Assembly (NCBI GenBank): GCA_964590105.1
Contig: CAZPYM010000001.1
Coordinates: 431,782-495,781, forward strand
DNA: 64,000 bases
Reading direction: 5' to 3'
Origin: an uncultured Gammaproteobacteria bacterium
GTDB taxonomy: Bacteria > Patescibacteriota > Patescibacteriia > UBA11705 > JABHMO01
The translations under genes were made by a program, and so were the position numbers. Shown in pieces: positions 28,061 to 37,411 of the stretch. The notes beneath the pieces were generated by a model. That model did no database searches, was not told the origin of the DNA, and worked only from the letters and a program-made list of their open reading frames with translations. Within the stretch, counting starts at the first letter, position 1, and every line of letters begins with the position of its first letter.

Positions 28061-28800
28061 CAACTTCCTTCATACAGTCGCTTGGTAAGAATACCGTCGA
28101 GATTGAGCTTTTTCATTTCAGCAACCGTTTCATCAATCCTGTACGAAACGCGCCGATACTCTGCCAAGAGCTTGTGGCGGAAAAAATCCACCACCATGTA
28201 ACAGGCGCGCGGGTCATCGTCGCGCGGCTGGCCGACGCTACCCACATTGATGGCGAACTTCGACGGGAAACGAACCTCCAGCGGCGAATGTGACATACCA
28301 AGCTTTACTAATCCATGCTTGATGTGGTAGATTGCCGGCTGATGAGTATGGCCAAAGAACAAAACCGGCGTCGCAACAGCCGTCAACTGCTGGCGGGCGA
28401 TATGTTCGTTGCGAATATACTCCCAGCCGTCAGGATCTGTCCAGTTCGCGTGAACCATTGAAATTCCCAGGTTGGGAATATCCATGGCCATTTCCAGTCC
28501 CCGCAAAAAGGCCAGATCATCAGCCTTGAGCATTTTGGCATTCTGCGCCATTGCCAACAACGCCGGGTAATTATGATTGGCCATGTTGCAGCCATGCCCC
28601 ACGCCAAAATCATGATTTCCCATGAGCGTCAGATTGCAATGCTCCCTGGCCCAAGCAATGCATTCCCGCGGAAACGGACCATAACCGGTCACATCGCCGA
28701 GGCAGTAGATCACATCAACGCCCATTGTGGCAATGTCTTTCGCAACGGCTCGCAGAGCCGGCCAATTGCTGTGAATGTCCGACAATATCGCCGCTCTCAT
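28060..28800 (-). CDS. calcineurin-like metallophosphoesterase (GC-rich cassette)
   Basis: Motifs DIHSN (D-x-H), LGDVTGYGP (GDxxDRG-like), LMGNHD (GNHD/E), FFGHTHQ; GC about 55%; SD AGGAGGA 5 nt upstream of ATG. Confidence 0.75.
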   Translation of the reverse strand: MRAAILSDIHSNWPALRAVAKDIATMGVDVIYCLGDVTGYGPFPRECIAWAREHCNLTLMGNHDFGVGHGCNMANHNYPALLAMAQNAKMLKADDLAFLRGLEMAMDIPNLGISMVHANWTDPDGWEYIRNEHIARQQLTAVATPVLFFGHTHQPAIYHIKHGLVKLGMSHSPLEVRFPSKFAINVGSVGQPRDDDPRACYMVVDFFRHKLLAEYRRVSYRIDETVAEMKKLNLDGILTKRLYEGS

Positions 28801-28850
28801 TGTATCCTCCTATCGTTGTTTTGCTAAATATTACCAAACTAAAACATTAT

Positions 28851-28879
28851 ATGATAGCATGACAACCAAAGATTGTCAA
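28851..28879 (-). promoter_or_regulatory. sigma70 promoter with extended -10 (TTGACA-17-TGcTATCAT on minus strand)
   Basis: Reverse complement of plus 28874-28879 = TTGACA; reverse complement of 28851-28856 = TATCAT, preceded by TGc. Confidence 0.5.
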
Positions 28880-28940
28880 CGGCCAGCTATTTTTATCAAT
28901 TTTTTGTGTAAAATAAATCAAAAAACATCGCTAGGCTTGA

Positions 28941-28973
28941 CAAAAAACAAAGCAGCGCCTGATACGCTGCTTT
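28941..28973 (-). terminator. rho-independent terminator downstream of lepA
   Basis: Minus strand AAAGCAGCG-tatcagg-CGCTGCTTT followed by GTTTTTT. Confidence 0.6.
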
Positions 28974-28996
28974 ATAAAACAATTTAATCTCACATT

Positions 28997-30826
28997 TTAT
29001 CGCTTCATCACCGCAAGAAAAGCTTCCGGCGGAATATTCACTTTCCCTTTACCCAACGCCATCATTTTCTTTTTACCTTTTTTCTGCTTGGTGAGAAGTT
29101 TTTGGCGGCGACTATAATCACCGCCGTAAAGTTTGGCGGTCACATCTTTTCGCAAAGCTGAAATGCGTTCCGCGGCAATAATCTTGCCGCCAAGCGCCGC
29201 CTGCAATTTGATCACAAACTGCTGGCGAGGAATCGTGGCTTTCAGACCCTCAACAATTTTTTTTCCAACTTTAAATGCCGCGTCTCGATAAACAATCGTG
29301 CCAAAAGCTTCAATCGAATCTTCCGCAACTAAAATATCCAGCTTCAAAAGTTCAGCCGGCTTATAGTTGTCAATTTCATAATTCATTGAGCCGTAGCCGG
29401 AAGTTACGGTTTTTAATTTATCATAAAAATCAACAATCAACATGGCCAAAGGAATTTTGTAATGCAAAATCACTCTGGTTTCGTCAATAAATTCAGTATT
29501 TAAATATTCGCCGCGGCTCTCCTGCACCAAAGTCATAACATTGCCCATAAAATCTTTTGGCGCTACAATGTCAACCTTCATAATCGGCTCTTCCATATGA
29601 TCAATTTGCGACGGATCGGGAAATTCATTTGGATTTTTTATTAAATATTCCACATCAGACAAGATTTGTTCTGTTTTCACTCCCTTGGGAAATTTAGCGC
29701 CCGGCTTTAACACAACCTTGTAAGCCACGCTCGGAACAGTCACCACCAAGTCCAGATCAAATTCCCGCCTTAGCCGCTCCTGAAAAATTTCCAAGTGCAG
29801 CATTCCGAGAAATCCGCAGCGAAAGCCAAAACCAAGGACCGGAGAATTTTCCGGCTCGTAAGCCAGCGCGGCGTCATTTAATTTTAATTTGCCAATCGCT
29901 TCACGCAGTTCACTGTATTCGTTTCCTTCCTGACAAAATATGCCGGCGTAAACCATTGGCTTGACTTCTTTGTAGCCGGCCAAAGGCTGGGCTTTGCCTC
30001 GCTCTTTTAAAAGTGTAATCGTATCGCCGACCCGGCACTTTTCGATCTCCTTTAACCCGGTAACGACATAACCGATTTCACCGGCGCCTAATTTGTCTTT
30101 TGGAATTAAATTCGGTTTCAAAATTCCGCAATCCAGAACTTCGCCCAGAGCCTCTGTTCCGGCCATAAATATCTCATCGCTCTTTTTTATTTCCCCATCT
30201 ACAATACGGGCATAAGCAACCACGCCCTTGTATTCATCGTAATAAGAATCAAATATCAAGGCGCGGAAAGGCAAAGCCAGACTGCCTTTTGGTGCGGGAA
30301 CCTTTTCTATTACAGCCTGTAAAATTTCCAGTACTCCTTCACCGGTTTTAGCGCTGCACTTTAATATTTCCTCCGGCCTGCAACCGACAAGATTAATAAT
30401 CTCGTGCATTACCTTTTCAACATTGGCCGCCGGCAAATCAATTTTATTTATAACCGGAATAATTTCCAGTCCCTGCTCAATTGCCAAATATAAATTCGCC
30501 AGCGTCTGCGCCTGTACTCCCTGCGCCGCATCAACGAGAAGCACCGCGCCTTCGACCGCCGCGAGCGACCTGGAAACTTCATAATTAAAATCAACATGCC
30601 CAGGGGTATCAATTAGGTTCAGAATATAATCCTGGTAATTCATGCGGGCGGGCTGCAGTTTGATTGTAATTCCCCTTTCTCGCTCTAAATCCATTGTATC
30701 CAAAACCTGTTCTTTCATATTTCTCTTTTCTACAGTTCCGGTTAATTCCAAAAAACGGTCAGCCAGAGTACTTTTCCCGTGATCTATATGTGCTATTATA
30801 CAAAAATTTCTTATTTTATTCATCAT
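28997..30826 (-). CDS. lepA: elongation factor 4 (LepA); start corrected to MMNKIRNF
   Basis: FCIIAHIDHGKSTLADR G1 motif, DTPGHVDF, NKIDL; LepA-specific C-terminal domain. Confidence 0.88.
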   Translation of the reverse strand: MMNKIRNFCIIAHIDHGKSTLADRFLELTGTVEKRNMKEQVLDTMDLERERGITIKLQPARMNYQDYILNLIDTPGHVDFNYEVSRSLAAVEGAVLLVDAAQGVQAQTLANLYLAIEQGLEIIPVINKIDLPAANVEKVMHEIINLVGCRPEEILKCSAKTGEGVLEILQAVIEKVPAPKGSLALPFRALIFDSYYDEYKGVVAYARIVDGEIKKSDEIFMAGTEALGEVLDCGILKPNLIPKDKLGAGEIGYVVTGLKEIEKCRVGDTITLLKERGKAQPLAGYKEVKPMVYAGIFCQEGNEYSELREAIGKLKLNDAALAYEPENSPVLGFGFRCGFLGMLHLEIFQERLRREFDLDLVVTVPSVAYKVVLKPGAKFPKGVKTEQILSDVEYLIKNPNEFPDPSQIDHMEEPIMKVDIVAPKDFMGNVMTLVQESRGEYLNTEFIDETRVILHYKIPLAMLIVDFYDKLKTVTSGYGSMNYEIDNYKPAELLKLDILVAEDSIEAFGTIVYRDAAFKVGKKIVEGLKATIPRQQFVIKLQAALGGKIIAAERISALRKDVTAKLYGGDYSRRQKLLTKQKKGKKKMMALGKGKVNIPPEAFLAVMKR

Positions 30827-31036
30827 ATTATAATTTGAACTTGCCGCCTGCCCGCCGAAGCCTTGGCGAAGGCGGGTGATCAATGTGAACAATAATACAA
30901 AAATTACGAATATTATTCATAACAAAAACTTAAACAATTGTTGCGAGTGATTACATAATAGCCAAAAACCGCCAAAAAATCAATACACAAAAAAAGGACC
31001 CGCGCTGGGATCCTTTGCTCTATGTCATTTCTTTTT

Positions 31037-31216
31037 TCAACTTTTCTTGTTTTTCGGAGTCAACGATGTTGAAAGTGGCTGACCTGTTGGTTGCACATAA
31101 TCAGATAACTTAAAGGTTCCATTCTCCAACGTCTCTGCTATATCCGGCGGCAGAGCCTTTGCCTTGCTGCCTTCAAGCATGCACCATTTTCCGCCAACTT
31201 TTCTGATATGCGCCAT
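31037..31216 (-). CDS. hypothetical 59-aa protein (MAHIRKVGGKWCMLEG...), second gene of a two-gene cassette
   Basis: ATG 31216 with perfect SD GAGGAGGA 5 nt upstream, overlapping the stop of the upstream gene; not in the ORF track (under 60 aa). Confidence 0.4.
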   Translation of the reverse strand: MAHIRKVGGKWCMLEGSKAKALPPDIAETLENGTFKLSDYVQPTGQPLSTSLTPKNKKS

Positions 31217-31227
31217 TTGATCCTCCT

Positions 31228-31482
31228 CTATTCCTCCGCCAAAAGTTTCATCAACTCGTCCAAAGAATATCGGCGATCCTTACCGCTCTTTGCTTCTTCA
31301 TATCCCGCCGCCACTCTATCGCGAAAAGCAGGGTCGGTATTCAGTCTTTGTTCAAATCGTATTCTCACCAATTCTTCTTCCGTCAACTGCTCCGGCAGAC
31401 CGTCTTCTCCTTTTGGAAAACACTCGGCCATGGCGCAAAAGCCGCTTTTTTCGCCGCCTTTCTTGTTGTCTTTATCCGTCAT
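31228..31482 (-). CDS. putative addiction-module antitoxin-like protein (84 aa)
   Basis: C-terminal ...FRDRVAAGYEEAKSGKDRRYSLDELMKLLAEE resembles the 'putative addiction module component' antitoxin family C-terminal helix (my recollection, not searched); GC about 50%; SD GGAGGG. Confidence 0.45.
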   Translation of the reverse strand: MTDKDNKKGGEKSGFCAMAECFPKGEDGLPEQLTEEELVRIRFEQRLNTDPAFRDRVAAGYEEAKSGKDRRYSLDELMKLLAEE

Positions 31483-31574
31483 CTAGCCCTCCGTTGCCAT
31501 AACAGTCCAATTTAGTTTATCATAATGGCTTTAATTAATCAATAATCATAGATTTCATTATTTGCAATCATTTT

Positions 31575-33203
31575 TTAACCCGCTTCTCGAATTCCCTCTT
31601 CGACTTCCACGCTCTTAAATAATTTTTTCTTCAAGCCTGCTACAAAATTCAAAAGCTCTTCTGTCTGCAATAAATATCCGACCAGGACAAAAACTGCAAT
31701 TCCCACGATTGTAGCAATAAGCCCCTGCATGAAAACGCCCCAGAACTTTTGCATATCAACAGAAAGGCCGAGCCAAGTTTTGGTATACTGAACCGCAACT
31801 CCCATTAGCAATGAAGCAAAGGAAATTTTTGCCAGCGCGACGATGATGCCATTACGCCAGATATTCGGTATTCTCAGCTTCAGCCAGACCACAAGCAAAA
31901 CCAGATTAAAAATCGAACTTATAGAAAATCCGAGAGCCAAACCAAGCACGCCAATCTTTTGAATCAGCCACCAGCTCAAAAAAACATTTACCAAAAGGCA
32001 CAAAAAGGCGGCATAAAACGGAATTTTGGTATTGTGCCGGGCATAAAACGCTCTCGCCAACAAAGGAAGCAATGATTGCGCGAACAAGCTAAGACAAAAC
32101 AAACCAAGCGAATTGGCTGTCAAAACCGTATCATTCCAGTCAAATTTTCCAGAACCGAGAATAATGCGGACAATCTGCGCTCGCAGAATTATAAATAAAA
32201 TTGAACAAGGGATTACAAAAAATAAAATTTGTTTAAAAGTGCGCTGAAAAGATGAACAAAAATTTTGTTCATCTTTTCCCGCAAATGACTTTGACAGAGC
32301 CGGAAAAACAGCAATAGCGTAAGACACACCGAATATACCGATGGCAAAACTTTGTAAATTATTTGCTAGGTTAAATATCGCCAAACTTCCGGCGGCCAAA
32401 GTTGAGGCCAGAACAGTAATTATGATCAAATTAAACTGGCCGCTCGCCAAACCCAGGATTCTCGGCCCCATCATTTTAATTATTTTTACAAAATGTGAAT
32501 CCTTAAAATTTAATATAAGACGGTAACCAAACCCAAGCCGGAAAACCGTTGGAATTTGTATTAACAAATGCAGGCCGGCGCCGAGTATCACGCCAAAAGC
32601 CAAACCATAAATATTGTACCGATCCACCAAGAACAAGGCGCCAAAAATAATTCCCAAATTATACATCACCGGCGCCAGTGAAAAAATTAAAAATCGCCTG
32701 AATGATTGCAAGACGCCGCCAAAAACACCGCTAAGTCCGAGCAATATCGGACTAAAAAACATCAGACGAGTTAAATTGATAGTGAGCTGGAGCTTGTCGC
32801 CGCTAAAACCGGGCGTTATGAGCGGCACCAACCACGGACTTAACACTGCCAGGATCAAACATGCGCCGAACAAAAACAAAGCCAGAATATTTAAAATATT
32901 ATTTACAAGATTCCAGGCCAGCTCATTTGTTTTGTATAGCGGGCTTTCTTCATTTTTCAAAAGACCAATAAAAACAGGAATAAAACCCGCGGACAGCGCG
33001 CCGAGAACAATCAAATTGTAAACCAAATCAGGCACGCGAAAAGCCGCGTAGTAAATATCCAGCTCATTGCCGGCGCCAAATTGGCCGGCCAAAATGCGAT
33101 CTCGCACGATTCCCAAAATCCGAGAAAGCAAACCGGCCGCGGCGATCACCACGGCGGCTGAAGTTATGGAAGTGAATTTAGTTGCAAAAAGTTTTTTAAA
33201 CAT
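31575..33203 (-). CDS. murJ: lipid II flippase MurJ
   Basis: 14-TM MviN/MurJ sequence with conserved RILGIVRDRILAGQFGAG...DIYYAAFRVPD N-terminus. Confidence 0.85.
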   Translation of the reverse strand: MFKKLFATKFTSITSAAVVIAAAGLLSRILGIVRDRILAGQFGAGNELDIYYAAFRVPDLVYNLIVLGALSAGFIPVFIGLLKNEESPLYKTNELAWNLVNNILNILALFLFGACLILAVLSPWLVPLITPGFSGDKLQLTINLTRLMFFSPILLGLSGVFGGVLQSFRRFLIFSLAPVMYNLGIIFGALFLVDRYNIYGLAFGVILGAGLHLLIQIPTVFRLGFGYRLILNFKDSHFVKIIKMMGPRILGLASGQFNLIIITVLASTLAAGSLAIFNLANNLQSFAIGIFGVSYAIAVFPALSKSFAGKDEQNFCSSFQRTFKQILFFVIPCSILFIILRAQIVRIILGSGKFDWNDTVLTANSLGLFCLSLFAQSLLPLLARAFYARHNTKIPFYAAFLCLLVNVFLSWWLIQKIGVLGLALGFSISSIFNLVLLVVWLKLRIPNIWRNGIIVALAKISFASLLMGVAVQYTKTWLGLSVDMQKFWGVFMQGLIATIVGIAVFVLVGYLLQTEELLNFVAGLKKKLFKSVEVEEGIREAG

Positions 33204-33229
33204 GAGGTATTAATACTTGATGTACTGAT

Positions 33230-34354
33230 TTATCCAATCAACCGAGCAATCATCAACTCCTCATTTGTCGGAATAACTAAAACTCGCGGCCGATTCGGCA
33301 ATCCTCTGACAATTAGATCGCGCACGTCTTTATTGCGCTCGCCAATCCCTGCGGTAAATACGACAGCGTCAACATTATCAAGAACAACAGTATAAGCGCC
33401 AATATATTTTTGAATTCTATAAACAAACATTTGCAAAGCTAATCGCGAAAGATATTTTTGCTGATCGGTAAATTTCAATGGCGTTGTATATCCGGGGATT
33501 TTATAACCCGAGGCAATCATTATGTCACGCATATCTTTCAGACCTGAAACGCCTTTTAAACCAGATTCAAAGTTTAACAATTTTTCTATCTGACTATCGC
33601 TCATTCCTTCGCGCTTCAAATAAAAAATAATCGCCGGATCAATGTCTCCCGACCGCGTCGACATCATCACTCCTTCTAGCGGAGTAAAGCCCATTGACGT
33701 GTCAATTGATTTCCCTTGCTTTATTGCGGTAACTGAACAACCGCTGCCCAAATGGCAAGTAATCAAATTTGGCTTTTCCTTTCTCAACTGTTTTGCCGCC
33801 TGTAAACTGACATATTGATGAGAAATTCCATGAAAACCATAGCGTCGCAACTGATATTTTTTATAAATTTTATAAGGCAAAGGATACAAAAAAGCATAAT
33901 CTGGCATCGAAGCGTGAAAAGCAGTGTCAAAAACCGCGTAATTTTTTACAGTCGGCAATAGTTTCAGGCAAGCTTTAATGCCGGCAATATTATGCGGGTT
34001 ATGCAAAGGCGCCAACTTATTATATTTTTCCAGCTGCTTCAAAGTTTGAGCAGTTATCAATATCGGCTTAATAAATTTCTCCCCGCCATGAACAACGCGA
34101 TGGCCGACCTTATAAATTTTGTGAAGTTCAACCTGATTTCTCCGCAGAACGTCAATAACCGCACTAAAAGCCTGATCATGATCTGCTATATTTTGCGCGC
34201 GCTTCTCACTTGTTTTTCCAAAATTATAACTGACAAAAGATCCTTTTTGTCCGATTTTTTCAACCAGCCCCGCGGCAACTTCTTTTTGTTTCTCAGTGAA
34301 CAATTTGAATTTCAGGCTTGAACTACCGACATTAATAACCAAAATATATTTCAT
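33230..34354 (-). CDS. ackA: acetate kinase
   Basis: ILVINVGSSSLKFKLF, HRVVHGG, the C-terminal VIPTNEELMIA motif. Confidence 0.85.
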   Translation of the reverse strand: MKYILVINVGSSSLKFKLFTEKQKEVAAGLVEKIGQKGSFVSYNFGKTSEKRAQNIADHDQAFSAVIDVLRRNQVELHKIYKVGHRVVHGGEKFIKPILITAQTLKQLEKYNKLAPLHNPHNIAGIKACLKLLPTVKNYAVFDTAFHASMPDYAFLYPLPYKIYKKYQLRRYGFHGISHQYVSLQAAKQLRKEKPNLITCHLGSGCSVTAIKQGKSIDTSMGFTPLEGVMMSTRSGDIDPAIIFYLKREGMSDSQIEKLLNFESGLKGVSGLKDMRDIMIASGYKIPGYTTPLKFTDQQKYLSRLALQMFVYRIQKYIGAYTVVLDNVDAVVFTAGIGERNKDVRDLIVRGLPNRPRVLVIPTNEELMIARLIG

Positions 34355-34379
34355 ACATTTAAGAAAGCTTGTTGCTTAT

Positions 34380-34952
34380 TTATTCAACAATAATTATTCC
34401 TTCGGTCGGCCCGTCAATTCCCGCGGCATTGGCTTCGTCAGTATCTAGGTGAATCGCCTCTTCATAATTTTCCGCCACTCTCACTTCCACCTCATCAAAT
34501 ACTAATGCCCGCGGGCCTTCCACTGCGACTTTAACGTTTTGTCCGTTTGCCAGCCCGTAATTAGCCGCCTCCTGCGAAGACAAATGAATATGTCTTTTGG
34601 GTACTATCAAGCCCTCTTCCAAGTCCAATTCTCCTTTCGGACCAATAATTTTAACCGCGCCGGAACGAATCACTTTTCCTGACAAGCGCAAAGGAGCTTT
34701 GCAACCGAGAGCAAAAGTATCTGTTCTGGAAACTTCCGCCTGTGTATGACTGCGGCACGGTCCGATGATTCTGACGCCCTCTAACTTCCCCTTCGACCCG
34801 ACTAAAATCACTGTATCAGTACTGGCAAATTCTCCGCCTTGGGATAAATCCTTAACTTTGGCCAATTCATAGCTATCGCCAAAAAGCGTTTCCAAATCGT
34901 GCCTGGTAAAATGGATATGACGCGCTGAAATTTCAATTCTGATTTTTAACAT
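34380..34952 (-). CDS. phosphate acyltransferase of the PduL type (two PduL repeats)
   Basis: Duplicated RHIH(F/L) motifs (ARHIHFTRHD, KRHIHLSSQE), about 190 aa; adjacent to ackA. Confidence 0.65.
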   Translation of the reverse strand: MLKIRIEISARHIHFTRHDLETLFGDSYELAKVKDLSQGGEFASTDTVILVGSKGKLEGVRIIGPCRSHTQAEVSRTDTFALGCKAPLRLSGKVIRSGAVKIIGPKGELDLEEGLIVPKRHIHLSSQEAANYGLANGQNVKVAVEGPRALVFDEVEVRVAENYEEAIHLDTDEANAAGIDGPTEGIIIVE

Positions 34953-34962
34953 AATTTATAAA

Positions 34963-34989
34963 TTATTATTATTATTATTATTATTATTA
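34963..34989. repeat. (ATT)9 microsatellite
   Basis: Read directly. Confidence 0.9.
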
Positions 34990-35121
34990 AAACCAACTTT
35001 ACGCAACATTTAATTGCGTTTTATATTATCCATTTTTATTATTCAACTATATTTTAGCATATCTGCCTGACATTTGGAAGTTGATAAGTTTTATGTAAAA
35101 CAGCAATGAATCTTCTTTTAC

Positions 35122-35150
35122 TTGACATTACAATAAAATTTGCTTATATT
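35122..35150 (+). promoter_or_regulatory. sigma70 promoter (TTGACA-17-TATATT, TGc just upstream)
   Basis: TTGACA 35122-35127; TATATT 35145-35150. Confidence 0.5.
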
Positions 35151-35192
35151 TAAATGTCAAACAGTTTTGTCCAACAACGAGGAGGGGCATTA

Positions 35193-35843
35193 ATGGACAA
35201 AAACAGAGCTCCGCCAAAAAAACAGTTCTTTGCCAAAGTAAGGCAAAAAATTTCAGATGAACGTTGTATTGTAGCCATTGAAGTGGCCTACAATATTGCC
35301 AAAGAAGCGCACCGTCAGCAACAGCGCAAAGACGGAGAACGCTATTTTGACCACGTCAAAGCCGTTGCCTGGATTCTGCTCACAGAAACAGGAATTACTG
35401 ATCAATTACGGCTAACAATTCTGTTAACAGCAGCCCTGCTACATGACATTATTGAAGACACCTTTGTTGCCAAGCGCCGGCATCTTAAATTCATGTTTGA
35501 TCAGGTTTCTCCGGACATCACCGCAGTCGCCTGGGAAGTGACAAAAGTCAAGGTGAACGATCCGCAAAAAAAATGGCGAAAACTGCTGGCCAGCAATCGG
35601 GTACCGACCAAGCTGGTCAAAGCGGCCGATCGACTGCACAATCAACGAACTCTGCTTTACTGCAGTCGCCGTCAGATCAGAAAGAAAAACAAAGAAACCA
35701 GAAACACGATCCTGCCATGGCTACGCACCAATCTTGAGACGATAGATGAGCAAAGCCGTCAGCAAATACTCGCCCTGGTCGATAAAATTGAAAAGCAAAC
35801 CGCGGCTAACGAAGAATGGCTGAAAAGCCAGAGAAAAAAATAA
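35193..35843 (+). CDS. HD-domain (p)ppGpp hydrolase-like protein (small alarmone hydrolase, RelA/SpoT HD family)
   Basis: H...R..G.....H...VAWIL...............AALLHDIIEDT HD motif; ATG 35193 with SD GAGGAGGGG; GC about 47%. Confidence 0.7.
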   Translation: MDKNRAPPKKQFFAKVRQKISDERCIVAIEVAYNIAKEAHRQQQRKDGERYFDHVKAVAWILLTETGITDQLRLTILLTAALLHDIIEDTFVAKRRHLKFMFDQVSPDITAVAWEVTKVKVNDPQKKWRKLLASNRVPTKLVKAADRLHNQRTLLYCSRRQIRKKNKETRNTILPWLRTNLETIDEQSRQQILALVDKIEKQTAANEEWLKSQRKK

Positions 35844-35845
35844 AA

Positions 35846-35880
35846 CAGCATCCTTACATCAGGAGCTGTTTATTTTTTTA
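35846..35880 (+). terminator. intrinsic terminator (probably bidirectional, shared with the minus-strand pfkB gene)
   Basis: CAGCATCCT-tacatc-AGGAGCTG followed by TTTATTTTTTTAT. Confidence 0.5.
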
Positions 35881-35897
35881 TTGAAAGTATTAACAAT

Positions 35898-36875
35898 TTA
35901 CAATCTTATTTTCAGTAGTCCGTTCTGCGCGCCCACTCGATACAAAACATTGGCGCTGTTTCTGATTCCGAGACGCAGCGCTTTTTCAAAATCTTCCCAC
36001 TTCACAAGGCCGGCCAATAGTCCGGAAGAAAAAGCATCGCCCGCGCCCACCGTGTCAACTATTCTGTGGATCACACTGACAGCTGGAGCATAAAAATAAT
36101 TATTTAATTCATCAATCGCAACAGCCCCCCTGACTCCCTGCGTAATTACGACTTTTTGCGGGCCGTACGCTTTTATTTTTCGCAGTAAATACTTTGAATC
36201 ATTCAATCTGGTTTTGACTGTTCGAGGATTATCATTTTTCACAAGTTCAATAGCTTCATCTTTATTCAAAATTAAAAGTTCAATGTCTGGTAAAAAGCTG
36301 ATCAATTTATTAAATTCCTTGAGCTGCAACGAGCCCGGATTCCAGGCGATCTTCACATTCCTGCGCGTTTGCCGCACCAGTTTGTCAAATTCCAGCGCCC
36401 AGCTCCTATTAGTTAAAGCAGAAACATAAAACCATTTTGTGCGAAAGTTTCTTAAACCGGCAACTTCCAGAAAACTACTCGCTCCTTTGTAAGTAAAAAT
36501 AGTGTGCTCCTTGTCCCGGGCCGCTGTCATAACAATTGAAAACCCGGTTCTCTCTTCTCGGTCAACGCTGATGAGCCTGGTGCTGATTTGTTTACTTTTT
36601 AAATAAGAATACATTTCTCTGCCAACCTGATCGCGTCCGACATGAACCATGGGCGCGCTATCAAGTCCAAAATTTTTCAAACCAACCGCCGTGTTCAGCG
36701 CTCCGCCGCCATAATTGACAAACACCTCCTTAATGGGGACTTTGGCGCCGTATTCCACTGCCATTAATTTTTGGCGGGTAATGTCCTTGCTGTTTTTTAT
36801 CACGCTTATTTCGTCACTGTAAAACATTATGTCTTTTAGAGCGCTGCCCACGGTGACCACATCAAAAATTTTCAT
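35898..36875 (-). CDS. PfkB-family carbohydrate/nucleoside kinase (start corrected to MKIFDVVTVG)
   Basis: N-terminal GG motif region and C-terminal DTVGAGDAFSSGLLAG signature. Confidence 0.75.
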   Translation of the reverse strand: MKIFDVVTVGSALKDIMFYSDEISVIKNSKDITRQKLMAVEYGAKVPIKEVFVNYGGGALNTAVGLKNFGLDSAPMVHVGRDQVGREMYSYLKSKQISTRLISVDREERTGFSIVMTAARDKEHTIFTYKGASSFLEVAGLRNFRTKWFYVSALTNRSWALEFDKLVRQTRRNVKIAWNPGSLQLKEFNKLISFLPDIELLILNKDEAIELVKNDNPRTVKTRLNDSKYLLRKIKAYGPQKVVITQGVRGAVAIDELNNYFYAPAVSVIHRIVDTVGAGDAFSSGLLAGLVKWEDFEKALRLGIRNSANVLYRVGAQNGLLKIRL

Positions 36876-37114
36876 ACTTTTATTTTTATGTTTTTGTTTT
36901 CTTCCGCAATGAACGGACAGATGTTTTATTAATTTATTAGTTTCTTGATTTTTTATTTTTACAATCGCATCTTTTAATATTATAACACAAAATAAAAAAA
37001 AGGGCGAAGCGTCACCCTTTGTAAACACGGACTTAACGTTATCGTTCATCCACAGATGCGATCACCTGCCTAGGTTTTTCTTCTATAATGATGAACAGAT
37101 AGGTAACCGCGCGT

Positions 37115-37384
37115 TCACTGGCCATTGCTTTCCTTCCACAAAGGCGGTTGTGAATTCGCAACCGCTTCAATCTTTTCAATAAGCTCCGACAATTCCTCTG
37201 CGGTCGGCTCATCGAAAATAGAAATCGCCAGCGGACAGATGAAGCCATCGAAAACCCTAAGCTCAATCTGCCTAGGTTTTGCAAATTCACGACGACAGAA
37301 AACGATTAAGGCAATCAAAGTCCCATAAGCTATCAAAAGCGTCAGAATCATACCCGCAAAAAAATATGGGTCATGGAAGTTCAT
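37115..37384 (-). CDS. small hypothetical membrane protein (89 aa)
   Basis: One TM (FFAGMILTLLIAYGTLIALIVF), SD AAGGAGGG before ATG 37384. Confidence 0.4.
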   Translation of the reverse strand: MNFHDPYFFAGMILTLLIAYGTLIALIVFCRREFAKPRQIELRVFDGFICPLAISIFDEPTAEELSELIEKIEAVANSQPPLWKESNGQ

Positions 37385-37411
37385 TGTTTCCCTCCTTGTC
37401 AAAGGACAAAA

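Noticed and set aside
30841-30890. GC-rich segment CCGCCTGCCCGCCGAAGCCTTGGCGAAGGCGGGTGATC upstream of lepA, considered as a REP element or terminator
   Set aside because: Only a 6-bp stem (CCCGCC/GGCGGG) pairs cleanly and no T-tract follows; it may simply be 5-prime UTR. Kept as uncertain.
37039-37328. ORFs 37039-37290(-) and 37125-37328(+)
   Set aside because: They overlap the better-supported 37115-37384 small membrane-protein frame, which has an SD.
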